DNA from: Octopus sinensis
Taxonomy: Eukaryota
Direction: 5' to 3'
DNA length: 64,000 nt
Assembly: GCF_006345805.1 (NCBI RefSeq)
Contig: NC_043024.1
Coordinates: forward strand, 17,422,001 to 17,486,000
Of the stretch, positions 40,515-53,162 are shown piece by piece; the stretch's first letter is position 1; each line of letters opens with the position of its first letter. Under the pieces are notes generated by a model that saw only the letters and a list, made by a program, of their open reading frames with translations, was not told the DNA's origin and ran no database searches. A program made the translations under genes and the position numbers.

Positions 40515-41450
40515 GTCTCATAACTTTGAGATTTCAGTATGATTGCATTCTCTTTACTCTTACTCTTTTACTTGTTTCAGTCATGTGACTGTGGCCATGC
40601 TAGAGCACCACCTTTAGTTGAGCAAATCGACCCCAGGACTTATTCTTTGTAAGCTTAGTACTTATTCTATTGGTCTCTTTTGCCGAACTGCTAAGTTACG
40701 GGGACATAAACACACCAGCATTGGTTGTCAAGTGATGATGGTGGGGGACAAACATAGACACACAAATACACACATACACACACACATATATGTATATATT
40801 TTTATTTATAAATAAGGATAATATCAATATTTAAATATCGATCTTATCAAGTGGCCAGCATAGGAATAAATACCATACAAAGGTAATAATTATTTAAAAC
40901 TATAAATAAGGGTGTCTGAGAGATACCACCTTGCCGAAATAGCAGTTAAGACCCTGACTCCAAGAACCACCTTAAATGTTCATATCGCATCATGAGATAA
41001 GACAGAGAGACAAAATAAACTAGCAAAAAAGATTTTACTGGATAAAACAAGATCCTGGATTTCTGGCTTTGTTTCCAATAAGCTCTGCCTTCGTCAGTTG
41101 AATATGCTAGATGGATACATAAATGCAAATATATATACAGAACATACGTTATACTTACATATACGAACGTCCTTACAAACATATATATGCATATATACCA
41201 GTCCAAATTGCCCGTCAACCACCCCAACAAGCGCGATATAGTCAAAAATAAACACCGCAGTGAATATATACATATACATATATATGACAGGCTTCTTTCA
41301 GTTTCTATCTACCAAATCCACTCATAAGGCTTTGGTCGGCCCGAGGCTATAGTAGAAAACATTTGCCCAGGGTTCCACATAGTGGGACTGAACCCGGAAC
41401 AATGTGGTTGGTAAGCAAGCTACTTACCACGCAGCCACTCCTACGCCTGC
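40515..41450 (-). mobile_element. SINE family A split at its internal microsatellite by a ~470-bp PLE-terminus-like insert (40800-41275)
   Basis: SINE tail at 40515-40770, head at 41285-41450; the insert carries an HHR motif. Confidence 0.75.
41048..41100 (-). ncRNA. Hammerhead ribozyme motif
   Basis: caa-CTGACGA-a-ggc..gcc-a-GAA-ATCC A GGAT-C-ttg; stem I only 3 bp, extra A on each side of stem II. Confidence 0.5.
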
Positions 41451-41499
41451 ATAACGTTTTCTTTTGTTTTTTTTTTTTTGCTTTGTCTTTGGTCAGTAA

Positions 41500-42170
41500 G
41501 TGTGGTCTTGTCTCCTATTTGCCTCTATCTAGAAATTAAAGGAAATCATTATTATTCCCTTCAAACTTCGCTTTTGTCACCTGGACATCAATATTTTGAA
41601 ACTGACCTATTTTCCATTACATTTCAGACAGTTTCAGCACTGAGTTGCTGAAGCAGAAATATCATTATAGCAAATATTCTGCTCAATAGCACAGATTTGC
41701 TTGTCAGTTGCTTGACCATAACCATTTGAGCATGTCTCTTAGTGGCTGACAATATGTGCATCTCTGAATATGAGCAGGAGTAGTGAGAGAGGCATTATAG
41801 CCATGTGATGAGAGAGATTCTTTGGGGTTTGAATAAATGTAAGAAAAGTAAAGTTTGAAGGAAATATTAGCTATTTTTCTTACTTTCTAAGGGTAAGCAA
41901 GCAGGAAATAAGGGTTGCTACCCAAGGACAAAAAATATCGTTATAGCAAATATTCTGCTCAATATCACAGATTTTGTTTGTCAGTTGCTTGACCTTAAAC
42001 CACTTGAGCATGTCCCTTAGTGACTGACAATATGTGCATCTCTAAATCACAAACAGGAGTAGTGGCAGAGCATCATAGCCCTATGTTGAGAGGGATTCTT
42101 AGGGGTTTGAATAAATGTAACAAAGCAATTAGGAAATAACTGTTGCTAGCTAAGGACAAAAACTGTGTTC
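41500..42170 (+). mobile_element. Non-autonomous DNA-transposon-like repeat with internal ~275-bp tandem duplication; another copy at ~45995-46460 (-)
   Basis: ttatagcaaatattctgctcaat..tttgaataaatgtaa occurs at 41665 and 41941; internal inverted ttcccttcaaactt/aagtttgaaggaaa. Confidence 0.65.
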
Positions 42171-43509
42171 CATAGTTTTGTTTATTTGTAAGGCAGAATG
42201 TGAGAGGCCAGATCCGGCTAGTTTGGATATAAAACAAGGAGAATATTTGAGTTGGATGTGGCTGGTTTAAGAAGGGTTGAAGAGATTTAACAGTGTTAGA
42301 TTAATGGGTAGAATAATACAGAAACTTTGTAATATAAATTTGTTGAAAAAGCAAACCAATGAAAAATCCAGCAATGACCATGTTGTTGATGAGTTCACTG
42401 TCATTGAGTGGTAACTTCACATTGCTCCAATTCACTCAGCTGTAGAAATGAGATGTGACATCACTGGTGCCAAGCTGTATCGGCTCCTTTGCCTTTCCCT
42501 TGGATAACATCAGTGGTGTGAAGAGGGGAGATTGATATGCATGGGTGACTGCTGGTCTTCCATAAACAACATTGCTCGGACTTGTGCCTTGGAAGGTGCA
42601 ATTCCATGGTCATTCATTTCTAGGTGCAATTCCATGGTCATTCATGACCGAGGTGGGGGTCAACCCACATATTTTTATATACAACAGCTTTTATTTATTT
42701 GATTTCATGCAAGTTCTCCTTGATATCAATATGGTTTATTGGTATATTTAAAAGACATGAGCTGACAATTGTTAGCGCATCAGATAAAATACTTAGCAGC
42801 ATTTCATGTTCTGAGTTCAAATTCTGCTGAGATTGACTTTGCCTTTCATCCTTTCAGGGTCAATAAAATAAGTCAGTGTAATCAACTAGAACCCCTCCCC
42901 CAAATTTCAGGCCTTGAGTCTATAGTAGAAAGGATTGTTGTTGTTGTTGCTGCTGCTGTTGCTGGTGTCCCTGTTGTTGTTGTTGAAGGCATTGTAGAGC
43001 ATCCGATATTGTAGATTAAAGATATTGTGTGAACTGGAGATTTGTCAAGTTACAACAAAGACCTTTTTTTCTTATTATTATTCCAGAATTTTCATGAAAA
43101 GGAAAAATAAAACTGTTTCACATTTGAATTATTTGATAAAAATGCTAAATGTTCATGAAGATGTGTTATAGAACAAGGTGGTATTTCTTATGAAAATGGG
43201 CAGTGGTGGCAGTGGAGGAGAATTGTGAGGGCTTAGGGGTGGGGTTGGTAAATTGCTCCTTTTGCAAGGTTTAACTAAGACAATTTCCAACTTTTTGAAT
43301 TAGTCCTATGCCTTGGCAAAGAATGAATTAAGGTGCAGGCATGGCTGTGTGGTAAGTAGCTTACTTCCCAACCACATGGTTCTGGGTTCAGTCCCTCTGT
43401 GTGGCACCTTGGGCAAATGTCTTCTACTATAGCCCCTGGTTGACCAAAGTCTTGTGAGTGGATATGGCAGACGGAAACTGAAAGAAACCTGTCATATATA
43501 AAGATATGT

Positions 43510-43845
43510 GGGTGACCCCCTTCGGTCATGAATGACCATGGGATTGCACCTAGAAAGTTATCCTCTGTGGCACAAGTCTGAGCAGTGTTGTTTATGGAAG
43601 ACCAGCAGTCACCCATGCATATCAGTCTCCCCTCTTCACACCACCGATGTTATCCAAGGGAAGGGCAAAGGTGCCGATATAGCTTGGCACCAGTGACGAC
43701 ACAACTCATTTCTACAGCTATTTGAACTGGAGCAATGTGAAATAAAGTGTCTTGCTCAAGAACACAACACACAGCCTGGTCTGGGAATTGAACTCACAAC
43801 TTCACAATCGGAAGCTTGACGCTCTAACCACTGAGCCATGTGCCT
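43510..43845 (-). mobile_element. SINE family E (tRNA-like head, gttcttgagcaagacacttta domain)
   Basis: Further copies at ~42410-42660(+) and 56820-57066(-). Confidence 0.7.
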
Positions 43846-43975
43846 TCTCAAAAATATGTATATATACTGTACATGTGTATTTGTGTGTTCAATGTGTGTG
43901 TTTTCATGTTTGTTCCCCTACCCCCACCAGCTTGACAATCAGTGTTGTATTTATGTCCCTGTAACTTAGTAGTTT

Positions 43976-44280
43976 GTGGAGGCACATGGCCTAGTGGTTA
44001 GAGCAGCAGACTCGCGGTCGAGGGATCGCAGGTTCAAATCTCATACCGGGCAATGTGTGTGTTTATGAGTGAAACACCTAAGCTCCATGCAGCTCCGGTA
44101 GAAAGTAATGGTGAACTTCTGCTGACTCTTTTGCCACAACTTCCTCTCACTCTTTCCTCCTGCATCTAGCAGCTCCTCTGCGATGGACCGGCATTCCGCC
44201 CATGTGGGGAACCTATACGCCAAGGAAACTGGGAAACTGGCCCTAATGAGCCAGGCATGACTCGAGAAGGAACAAACAAA
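43976..44280 (+). mobile_element. Family D SINE inserted into a family A SINE, 13-bp TSD
   Basis: aacttagtagttt at 43963-43975 and 44281-44293. Confidence 0.9.
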
Positions 44281-44614
44281 AACTTAGTAGTTTAGCAAAA
44301 GAAACTTATAAAATAAGGACTTGATTCCTTCAGCTAAAGTTCTTCAATGTGCTGCCCCTACATAGCCACTGAATCTATTGAAAAAGATGGTTAAGTCTGT
44401 TTTGCCTTCTTGTTAATAAAGAGGTGGCGTATAAATAAATTTCACTATTTTGTGTGGAGCCCTGGTATTTTTCATTTTAGGAACCACTTTTGTAAGCCCC
44501 ACATGGACATAATAAAGATGATGGCAAACAATAAGGCAAAATGTGTCAACAATAATGAAGGAATATTTGTCCAAGGAAAATACTGTTGGACTTTTTTCTT
44601 TTTTGTTTGTCATT

Positions 44615-44970
44615 TTTATTTGTTTCAGTCATTTGACTGCGGCCATGTTAGAGCACCACCTTTAGTCAAGCAAATCGATCCTAGGACTTATTCTTTGTTA
44701 GCCTAGCACTTATTCTATCAGTTTCTCTTGCTGAACTGCATTGGTTGTCAAGCGATGTTGGGGGAACAAACACAGATGCACACACACAACACACAAACAC
44801 ACACACAACGGGCTTCTTTCAGTTTCTGTCTACCAAATCCACTCACAAGGCTTTGGTCGGCCTGAGGCTATAGTAGAAGACACTTGCTGAAGGTGCCATG
44901 CAGTGGGACTGAACCCAGAGCCATGTGGTTGGTAAGCAAGCTACTTACCACACAGCCATTCCTGCACCTA
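44615..44970 (-). mobile_element. SINE family A
   Basis: Reverse complement of the family A blocks. Confidence 0.8.
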
Positions 44971-45329
44971 TGTATTTATTAAATTTTTAGACAATTTCAT
45001 CAAAATATGTTCTTGAAATATAAAAGGTTTCCGAAGATTATTGATTTGATGAAATGAGGTTTGTGATGATTTGGGGTTTGCTGTACTGGTTGAGCTGAAA
45101 GTGTTGAGAGTGAACTACCTAAAACCTTCTTATATTGTAAATCGAATCATCCAGGCACATGCAGCAATGGGAGCAGGTGAAACAAAAATGACAGCTGCAA
45201 CAGCAGCAGCAGTAATAGAATACAACAGAAACAACAACAACAAAAGCAATATGAGCCACAATAATGATAATGAAAAAACAGAAATGTGTACAAAATTATA
45301 AACAACAGCAACAAGCACAAGAACAACAT

Positions 45330-45722
45330 TCTTTTACTTGTTTCAGTTATTTCACTGCGATCATTCTGGAGCACCGCCCGTTGTTGAGCAAATCGCCCCC
45401 AGGACTTATTCTTTGTAAGCCTAGTACTTATTTTATTGGTCTCTTTTGCCGAACTGCTAAGTTACGGGGATGTAAACACACCAGCATTGGTTGTCAAGCA
45501 ATGATGGTGGGGGACAAACACAGACACACAAACACACACACTTATATATACATATACATATATACGACAGCCTTCTTTCAGTTTCCATCCACCAAATCCA
45601 CTCACAAGGCATGGGTTGGCCCAAGGCTATAGTAGAAGACACTTGCCCAAGGTGTCATGCAGTGGGACTGAACCCAGAACCATGTGATTGGTAAGCAAGC
45701 TACTTACCACACAGTCACGCCT
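45330..45722 (-). mobile_element. SINE family A
   Basis: Reverse complement of the family A blocks. Confidence 0.85.
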
Positions 45723-46889
45723 AACACAGTAAAAAGAAACCAATATGAATACCTCTATGCAGTCATATCACTTGCTTCTAGAAATACCAGCTAAATCTCT
45801 CTCAGATCATATTAAAAATAGAAGGATACATAAAATAATATAATCCTAGATAGACTTAAGAAAGAGGATGGAATGGTCACAACTGGAATGATCTTAGATA
45901 GAAACATTTGCTCAGTAATGTTGATCTGGTGCCAAGCAATAACAACAACAATATTGATAACAGTGCTCTGAGAAGATGTTGGAATGGTCATAGTTGGAGA
46001 GCCTTTAATAACACTGGGTAACACAATTTTTGTCCTTGGGCAGCAACCGTTATTTCCTATTTCCTTGCCCCTAGAATGTATGAAAAATGGTTAATATTTC
46101 CTTCAAATTTTGCTTTTGTTATATTTATTCAAACCCCCAAAGAATCCCTCTCAACATATGGCTATGATGCTCCCCCATTACTGCTGCTCATGATCAGAGA
46201 TGCACATATTATCAGCGGCTAAGGGACATGCTTGAAGTGGTTAAGGTCAAGCAATTGACATGCAAATCTCTGGTATTGAGCAGAATATTTGCTATAACGA
46301 TATTTCTGTTTCAGCAACTCAATACTGAATCTGTCCGAAACGTAATGGAACATAGGTCAATTTCAAAACATTGATGTCCAGGTAACAAAAGCAAAGTTTG
46401 ACGGGAATAGTAGTCATTTGCTTTGAATTCTAGATAGAAACGAATACGAAATAACACTTATTGATCAGAGGCAAAAATAAAATAAAATTTTGTTAAACAC
46501 TGTAATAAGTCTACTCAGCCGGGGTTGGCCTAGGGCTAAACATGAACAACTCGACTACAAAACTTTAACAACAATAACAACTGTAAAAAGATGGTTGCAA
46601 AATGAAATCCTGTTATTGATTTCACTAAAACCTGCAGATATCGATGGCAGGTTGTGGAGATGGTTGCAATGTCGCAATAGTCAACAGTGTTAAGAGAGGT
46701 TTCATCATAGCCCTGACATCTGCAAGATGTGAGTGCAATTATTGAGTTTTAAATAATGCAAAAATAAAAAAATAATTTTAAAAAAATTTATAAAAAATAA
46801 AAATTTATTAAAGAAAAAGTGCATTGAATGTGTTCACACTTTTTTCCAAGCACTACATGACGCTCTCCTTTCTGTTCCCATAAACTGTG

Positions 46890-46895
46890 TAATGC

Positions 46896-46926
<31 letters not shown>

Positions 46927-47113
46927 TTAATAATAATAATATTAATAATAATGATAATAATAATAATAGTAATAATAATATTAACTGTAATAGCAATAGT
47001 ACTAGCACTAGTAATAATAATAATAAACAAGAATAACAATAATAATAGTAATAATAATAATAACAATAATGATAATATTAACAAGAATAATAGTAGCAAT
47101 AATACTAGTCTTG

Positions 47114-47149
<36 letters not shown>

Positions 47150-47170
47150 GTGATAATAATAATAATCATT
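46890..47170. repeat. (AAT)n/(AGT)n microsatellite
   Basis: Direct inspection. Confidence 0.9.
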
Positions 47171-47439
47171 AGTATAAGGCTATAGAATTTTTTTCTTTGA
47201 GAGTAAGAGACGGGTACGTAGACTATTATATGAAAAGGAAAAGAAATGCTACCTGAGTGCTTCTGTATTTTGTGGAACAGGATGGAAAGACATAAGTTAA
47301 AAAGCAAAGATGACTTTGATACGATGTGAAGAAAAACAAAACTGAAGACAAAAAGAACAAAAATTTTGCAAACTATTTCAAATTTCTGTCTAAAATAGGT
47401 AGAAGGCTACAAATTTGGAGAGAAGAGTTAGTCATTTAA

Positions 47440-47915
47440 CCCTTTAGTTACCATATTTCTGTTGAGATGCTCTGTGTTTCTTTCAATTAATTTTAAATAT
47501 AACAAAGAATTTTAGTAAAATAACTTAGTTATTGTTAAGCTAGTGTTAAGAACATAAATTGTGACTAAGGTTTAGTGGGAGATTTTAATTCAAAACTTTC
47601 GAAAACAAGACATTTGTACTACAGAGCCAGAGGCTGTTTCAGCCAGTTTAGTGTCAAAAGGGTTAAGAATTATTTCTCTATTATATATTTTAACCCTTTT
47701 GTTACCATATTTCTGTTGAGATGCTCTGTGTTTCTTTCAATTAATTTTAAATATAACAAAGAATTTAGTAAAATAATTTAGTTATCATTAAGCTAGTGTT
47801 AGGAACACAAATTGTGACTAAGGTTTAGTGGAAGATTTTAATTCCGAATTTTTGAAAACAAGACATTTGTACTACAGAACCAGAGGCTGTTTCAGACGGG
47901 TTGGTATCAAAAGGG
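47440..47915 (+). mobile_element. Two adjacent piggyBac-type MITEs (47440-47662, 47694-47915)
   Basis: Each is TTAA-CCCTTT...AAAGGG-TTAA, ~222 bp; partial inverted copy at ~20940-21090. Confidence 0.85.
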
Positions 47916-48289
47916 TTAAATCAACACCAGTAATCTTACCCACTCCCCTTCACTTCTGAGGAATTTTTCACTCTCTCTCTGCTGCAGCTCCAGTAGTAGA
48001 ATTGAATTATTGTCATCCCTGTACTTGTAAGTTTCCACCCCAGAATCTACAATTTTTACCTCTTGGCCAGGGTCTTTCTCTCACATACCTCTTCCATATT
48101 CCTTAATAGAACAATATCTGTTTTTCACTCCTGTTTGCATTACAAAGAGCTTTGGTGTTAGGAAGGGCATCTAGCCATAGAAGTCAAGCCAATACATACA
48201 ACTTGGTATGGCCCTTGGATTTGCCAGACCCTGTCAAGTCGTCCAACCCATGATAGCATGGAAAATGGACATCAGTCCTTTAGCATTCA

Positions 48290-49330
48290 GATTTCCGCCA
48301 AAAGTAATTAAGACTCATAGAAGCATCAACCAGTTTCAATACTGAAGATGACTCACTAGTCAAAAACAAAAGTGAACACATCCCCCACAGAGGAAGAAAT
48401 AAAGATCTTGACGAGTTCTGCAACCACATTGAGAACTTTCCCTACCATACTATACATAAACAGACAGTTAACTCAAATTTTAGCACTGCACATTGGAAGG
48501 AATTAATAGAACTTCAAAATGATGAAGATATAACTATTAAGGAAGCAGATAAAGGAAGTGCAGTTGTAATAATGGATACATCATACTATAGAAATCTTGT
48601 AACTTCCTTGCTTGATGAAATCAACATTATGAAAAAATCACCAGCTACATTCCGCAAAAAATAATGAAAACTCTGTCCTCAATAATTAAAACCCATGGAA
48701 AGGAACTGACAATGAAAGAGATTGACTTTCTAACAAACTTTAAATGCAAACCTCTTCTATGGTCTGCCAAAAATACACAAAAGTCAGATTATAAATGAAA
48801 CCATTAAAAAATCACCAAAGATGTACATACATACACCTAACCCAGGGCACCTAAAACTACGACCCATTGTAGCTGGCCCAGCCTGTGAAACACACAGACT
48901 AAGTCTATTTATGGACATCCTCTTGAAACCCTTCCTTAAACACATTGATAGCCATATCAGAGATGACTTGGATATGTTAAATCACCTTCCAAAAAAAGTC
49001 AGGGAAGAAACAATCATGGTTTCATTTGATGTAGTTAATTTATATACCAGCATACCTCGTAATTATGAACTAGAGGCAATTCAGTTCTGGCTGGACCATT
49101 TTCCGGAAGAAATACCAAAAAGGATCAGTAAAGAATTCATTACTAAATCGGTTGAATTCATCCTACAAAATAACCACTTCATGTTTGACAATACGTTTTA
49201 CCATAAAAAATCCGGAATTGCTATGGGTACAAGGGCAGCACTAGTCATTGCAAACCTAACAATGGGCTACCTGGAGGTAATAATATACCAGGAATCTTCA
49301 TCAACCTTTGAAAACCCCCTAATATGCTAG
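48290..49330 (+). mobile_element. Penelope-like reverse transcriptase remnant (N-terminal RT domains)
   Basis: KEADKGSAVVIMD; LRPIVAGPACETHRLS..DILLKPF; MVSFDVVNLYTSIP; FILQNNHFMF..KSGIAMGT..ANLTMGYLE. Confidence 0.9.
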
Positions 49331-49447
49331 ACATAGACCTCAAATCACCATTACCACGAAGAATGTGTTCTCAAGAAAAATCTCAAAATGCCAAAATGTA
49401 AAAGTGAGCAAGACAAATGAAAATATATGAAATAAAAAAACGATTAC

Positions 49448-49521
49448 CTATGTACCATTGGTTTCACTTGTTAATATCTATGTATGCAAACACACAGTTA
49501 TCTGCAAGATCGTCAGCATAG
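49448..49521 (-). ncRNA. Minimal type-I hammerhead ribozyme with intact core
   Basis: ctatg-CTGACGA-tcttg..caagt-GAA-ACCA A TGGT-A-catag; perfect 5-bp stem I; antisense to the adjacent PLE RT. Confidence 0.75.
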
Positions 49522-50289
49522 TCCGTTGCTTACAAAACACAATTTCCAGAACTAGATACAGAACGCTCAACTGAAATTGAGCATGTATAAAGTTCTACAA
49601 ATTAAATTTGGGTGTATTTTTTAAATGTCTTAATGTTGGCATGCTGAGACCAGAAATTGCTCTGCAGTTAATAAGTTTCAGCAGCCAATTTGCCAGTTAG
49701 AGAACATTTTTTTTATATAAAATTAAATAAGGGTAGAAATTGATGTTAATCAATTAAAACCAGTGGCTTAGCATATTTAAAAAATCCGAAGATTAAAAAT
49801 TGTGTTACATACAAAATTAAAAGGACACCTAATATGCTAAACATAGACATCAGATCGCCATTTCTGAGTTCAAATTCTGCCATGGTTGTACTAGTTGAAT
49901 ACTGGGGCTGATAAAATTGCCTTTACCCTTTACCCAGAAATTGCTGGCATTGTGCCAAAATTTGAAATCAATATATATGCATATATATATATACACACAC
50001 ACATGGATGTACATGTACATATATACATATACATAAGCATGTACACACACACACACACAAACACACACACATGTACATGTATTATTTTCTAATGGTTTGT
50101 TTTCATTTTTGTGATGTTTTTTACACCACCCTCCATTCTTCATGAAATAAAAACAACAACAGCAGAAGTGGCAGCTGTGATAACGAGTTTAATAATAATT
50201 ATTTCTTTTTATTACCACAAAGACAAAGAATGGAAAGGGTGTGATGCATTTCAGAATAATTATAAGAGGAATGAGAACAACATTTAGTA

Positions 50290-50471
50290 ATCAATATAGT
50301 TGTAGTGGTAGTAGTAATACTAATAATGATGATGATGATGATGATAGTAATAATGATGAGGATGATGATGATGGTGATGATGATAACAATAATGATGATG
50401 ATAGTAATAATGATGAGGGTGATGATGATGATGAGGATTGCAATGATGATGGTGATGCTGATGATCATGAT

Positions 50472-50503
<32 letters not shown>

Positions 50504-50640
50504 AACCTTGAACAGTTTGCATGCTCTCCAGAATGTACTCAGAAAGTAAATGCAGTGTAATTCTGAATAATAATAATAATAAGAAGAAGAAGAAGTAGAA
50601 GGGAGGAGGAGGAGGGGGAGGAGAAGAAGAACAACGATAA
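50290..50640. repeat. (GAT)n/(AAT)n/(GAA)n microsatellites
   Basis: Direct inspection. Confidence 0.9.
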
Positions 50641-51178
50641 CAACAGTGGCTAAAACTTTTAATCACCAATGCTATTTACACTTGAAGACCACCAAAAAAT
50701 GATTCTAAAGTACTTTTTTCAAGAACTTTCTCAACTATTTTTAGGATTTCTCACCATTTTTCTCCTTCGATTTCTGTAAATGGTCCTGGGTTTTTCTACT
50801 GATTTGTATTTTGTTTGTCTTCTTCTTCTTCTTCTTCTTCTTCTTCTTCTTCTTCTTCTTCTTCTCTTCTTCTTCTTCTTCTTCTTCTTCTTCTTCCCTT
50901 TCTCTTTCCAGTCAGTTTTTACATTTTACAAAAAAAAAGCAAAATAAAACTTTGAAATATCACACACTGACAGAAGTAGAGAGAGGGGGGTGTAGAAGGA
51001 CAGAGAAGAAAGAGTAGCACAGAGAGAGAGAGAGAAAAGTCTACATAGTCTCATTGGCGGATATAGACAGACATATTTTTAGTCACAAATATGTAATGCA
51101 TGCGTTTGTGTGTGTGCATATATATATATATATATATATTCATATTTATGTGTGTGTATATATATAATATAAATAATG

Positions 51179-51211
<33 letters not shown>

Positions 51212-51447
51212 CATACACACATATATATAATATAGGGCATGGCTGTGTGGTTAGGGAGCTTGCTTCCTAGCTATATGGTTTCGGGTTCAGTCCCACTGCG
51301 TGGCACTTTGGGTAGGTGTCTTCCACTATAGCCCCGAGCTGACCGGAGCTTTGTGATTGAATTCGGTAGGTGGAAGTTACTGCCGTGTGTGTATATGTGT
51401 GTGTAGGTGCTTGTGCCTCTCCGAAAGAGAGAGAGAATGAATGTTTA

Positions 51448-51517
<70 letters not shown>

Positions 51518-52787
51518 ATCCAAAGAAAGAACAGACAAGAAAAAACAATAACATGAGGACATGGTACAAGTACTGAATTATCAGTTGCTCAGCAAAGAAA
51601 GGCAAGATGATTTAACATTTCGAGCTTCAGAAATAGAAGGAAGTCCAAAGGAAGGGAAAAGGAGGAAGAAAATTGCCAAGGATACACTATATATATAGAT
51701 AATGTATATATATAGATAATGTATATACATGTGTGTGTGTGTATGTACTCTTTTGCCTTAGGTATTTGAGTACAAACCTTTCATCTCACACAAGATCACC
51801 TCCTTCAATTTCCTGCTCCCGTCCCAAAAATTCTTGGTGCTGGTGCCATGTAAGAAGCATGCAGTCCACACTGTAAAGTGTTTGGCATTTAGAAGGGTAT
51901 CCAGCTGTAGAAACTATGCCAAAACTGGTTTCACCTCTGCTGGTTCCATGTTAAAAGTACTCAGTCCATTCTATGGGGTGGTTGCTGTTAGGAAGAGCAT
52001 CCAGCCATAAAAAAGAAACCATGCCAAAACAGACACAAAGGCCTGGTGTCGTTTTCTTCCTGGTCAGCTCTTGCCAAACTGTCCAATCCACACCAGTATG
52101 GAAGGCAGACGTTAAACAATGATGATGGTGGTGGTGGTAGTGGTGGTTTTCGTGGTAGTTTTGGTGGTGGTGGTGGTGGTGGTGGTGGTGCTGTAAGCAC
52201 ACATCCAAACACCCACACACAGTTTGCTATTTTTGTTCCTATCATCCCTGATAGAAACCGACAGCTAATCTACCTCCAAGATGAAATATTGGTAAATTAG
52301 GAAACTAATCTCAACTTGGAAAATCACACTGGAACTTTTTCAACCGGTTTTTATTGTAGCCAACACCACCATCCTTGCCATCACAACCACTACCACCACT
52401 GCCTATAGAACCACTACTACCATCCCTACCACTACCATCATGGTCACTGCCACCACCACCATCCCTAACTCCCATCACAACTATTCCCACCACTGTTGCT
52501 GTCACTTCTGCCACCACCACTACCACCACCACTACAACCTTTTCTTCAATGTCAGACATTGCAGTATGTCAATGAATGTAAGACGAAGGGATTAATGTTT
52601 TCTTCTTTAGATAAGAGAGTTCATAACTTCATGTAAAAACAAATATAAACAAGGGAGGTAATTTGATGTAAGGGGGTTGTTTAACTCTTCAGCAGCCAGA
52701 TTATTCCATTGACTGTACTTCTTGCTTATTCATTTTGTTTTGAATTAATTATGTGTTAGCTTGTGGCTTCAAGATTTTGATATCTCT

Positions 52788-53162
52788 TTTACTCTTTTAC
52801 TTGTTTCAGTCATTTGACTGTGGCCATGCTGGAGCACCACGTTTAGTTGAGCAAATCAACCCCAGGACTTATTCTTTGTAAGCCTAGTACTTATTCTATC
52901 GGTTTCGTTTGCCGAACCGCTAAGTGATGGGGACGTAGACACACCATCAGTTGTCAAGTGATGTTGGGGGGACAAACACAGACACACAAACATATACATA
53001 TATATGACGGGCTTCTTTCAGTTTCCGTCTACCAAATCCACTCACAAGGCTTTGGTTGGCCTGAGGCTATAGTAGAAGACACTTGCCCAAGGTGCCATGC
53101 AGTGGGACTGAACCCAGAACCATGTGGTTGGTAAGCAAGCTACTTACCACACAGCCACTCCT
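52788..53162 (-). mobile_element. SINE family A, full length
   Basis: Reverse complement of the family A blocks. Confidence 0.85.

Noticed and set aside
40905-40955. ctgagaga..ttgcc-GAAA-tagcagtt-aagaccc
   Set aside because: Core spacing and stem II are not consistent with an HHR
43976-44050. tRNA-Arg(TCG)-like sequence, also at 33224, 54810 and 61228
   Set aside because: Continues directly into a SINE body and has a TSD; it is a SINE head, not a tRNA gene
46590-46720. Minus-strand ATGATGA-aacct..aggtt..GAAA
   Set aside because: C3 is missing and stems I and III are not convincing
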